Position numbers and translations under genes: made by a program
Notes under the pieces: generated by a model
Databases searched by the model: none
What the model was told of the DNA's origin: nothing
What the model saw: the letters and a program-made list of their open reading frames with translations, nothing else
Assembly: GCA_964016885.1 (NCBI GenBank)
Contig: OZ024740.1
Span: 66,402,001 to 66,466,000, forward strand
Direction of reading: 5' to 3'
DNA: 64,000 nucleotides
Source: Eledone cirrhosa
Lineage: Eukaryota
Shown here: positions 62,290 to 64,000 of the stretch, piece by piece
Position numbering within the stretch: position 1 is the stretch's first letter
How the letters are laid out: the number at the start of each line of letters is the position of its first letter

Positions 62290-62326
62290 AAATAAAGGAT
62301 TATGTGTTCATTGACTTATGTTGCGT

Positions 62327-62436
<110 letters not shown>

Positions 62437-62641
62437 ATATATATATGAAAAGTGTCAGGACACCGTCAGCTGAGCTCCGGCCGTTACGCCAGTGTTGTTC
62501 CGAACTAGGATCTAGCTGTCGAAACGGCCGGAGCTCAGCCATCGGTGTCCTGACTCTTTTCCTATTACCCACTCTACTACCCGTTGTATCGAATTCTCTG
62601 GTGCGTTATAGTCCACCTTTTATCGTACCACACTCTATTTG

Positions 62642-62680
<39 letters not shown>

Positions 62681-62849
62681 TCCTGGTTTCAATCGGGTGT
62701 AACTATAGTAAGTTAGGTACTCAAACCATTAATCGTGTATAAAAATCATGTTTGATACAGAAATGGCTTGTACATTACTCGAACTGTTTCATTCAAAATA
62801 AATCATCGGGGCTCTCCAGACAAATTCTTTTGAATGAAAAAACCTATTT

Positions 62850-62926
<77 letters not shown>

Positions 62927-62930
62927 TATT

Positions 62931-62961
<31 letters not shown>

Positions 62962-63007
62962 ATATATATATTTGTATATATATATATATATATACGTATA
63001 TATATAT

Positions 63008-63099
<92 letters not shown>

Positions 63100-63153
63100 G
63101 TATATATATATATATATACTTATATATATATATACGTATATATATATATATAT

Positions 63154-63860
63154 CTAAAACGGGTAAAATTCCCGAGATCCATGGACGAGTTCTCTCCAGC
63201 GGTCTCTGTCCCTCATTATTGCTGCCATGTCCTGCATTTCCAACAGACCAGTGTCTATCCTTAGGTCATCAACATACGTTAACCTCAGTCTCCTCTGTGT
63301 CACTTTTGATCTGACTCTTGGGATGCTCCCATACAGCTCTGAGTTTGTCATCCTCAGTGTATACTGATTAATGTTCAGAGCCATCCTCAGCATTCTCGTG
63401 TAGCACCCATCCACCATCTGAGTGAGTTTCTTGTTCAGTGTCCAAATCTCAGACCCATACAGCAGCACAGACACCAATACAGCAATGAAGAGGCGGATTT
63501 TCAGGTCTCTACGAAGGTCCGACTTCCACACCGATCTCAAGCTGTGGCACGCCGCCCAGGCCTTGCTCTTCCTCTCAACCACATCATCTTCCGTATTTCC
63601 AATCTTTGCTCCCAAATACAGGAAGTCCTCAACCAATTCCAGCGGCTTCCCGCCTACATTAGTGATCCCCTCTGGCTTCTCAACATTCTCTACCAGATAT
63701 TTTGTTTTTGTCTCATTCATTCTCAGCCCCACACTCATCGACATAGTCTCAACCTCCCGCATCAAATCCTCTGCCTCCTTCACTGTATTTGTCAGCAAAA
63801 TTATGTCGTCGTAAATTCAGCATCCGATACCTTTTTCGCCCTAACTCTCCTGCTCTGAGC
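63154..63860 (-). mobile_element. RTE-clade LINE fragment (RT C-terminal part) in (TA)n
   Basis: DDIILL, GLRMNETKTK, VEDFLYLG, VLLYGSEIWTL, DRDRWR. Confidence 0.8.
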
Positions 63861-64000
63861 CGTATATCTATATATATATACGTATATATCTATATGTATA
63901 TATATATATATATAAATAGTATAAAGAAAACGAAAAATCAGTGATGCATCTAGACTTAATTTATTGCGTGTTACAATTGTTTCGCCGACAGGTAGCTCGA

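Overview
Repeat-dominated eukaryotic DNA. The SINE type and heavy (TA)n/(ATT)n content suggest a cephalopod such as an octopus; this is an inference. No intact host gene is visible, only one candidate exon. Positions 1 to ~38.3 kb form an almost gap-free array of non-LTR retrotransposons whose 3' ends all sit in (ATT)n/(AAT)n microsatellite. Five Tx1/L1-clade copies (APE endonuclease-RT-CCHC; ORF1 with a gag-type zinc knuckle) all lie on the + strand. Six R4/Dong-like copies (RT-CCHC-restriction-like endonuclease), from two families, all lie on the - strand. The two full-length Dong-like elements share an unexplained 5' leader, and the Tx1 ORF1/ORF2 spacer resembles a 52-nt GT-AG intron whose removal would fuse the ORFs in frame. 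Positions ~38.3-64 kb are (TA)n-rich. They hold tRNA-headed SINEs, a non-autonomous Helitron, an internally deleted mariner, RTE fragments, a Neptune-like Penelope element, and a decayed Naiad-type Penelope element with TGA at a conserved Cys (possible selenocysteine). They also hold many fold-back palindromes and several type I hammerhead ribozyme motifs with palindromic stem III, two of them complete and canonical (50228-50298, 62234-62289). Everything was read by eye; no database search or folding program was run.
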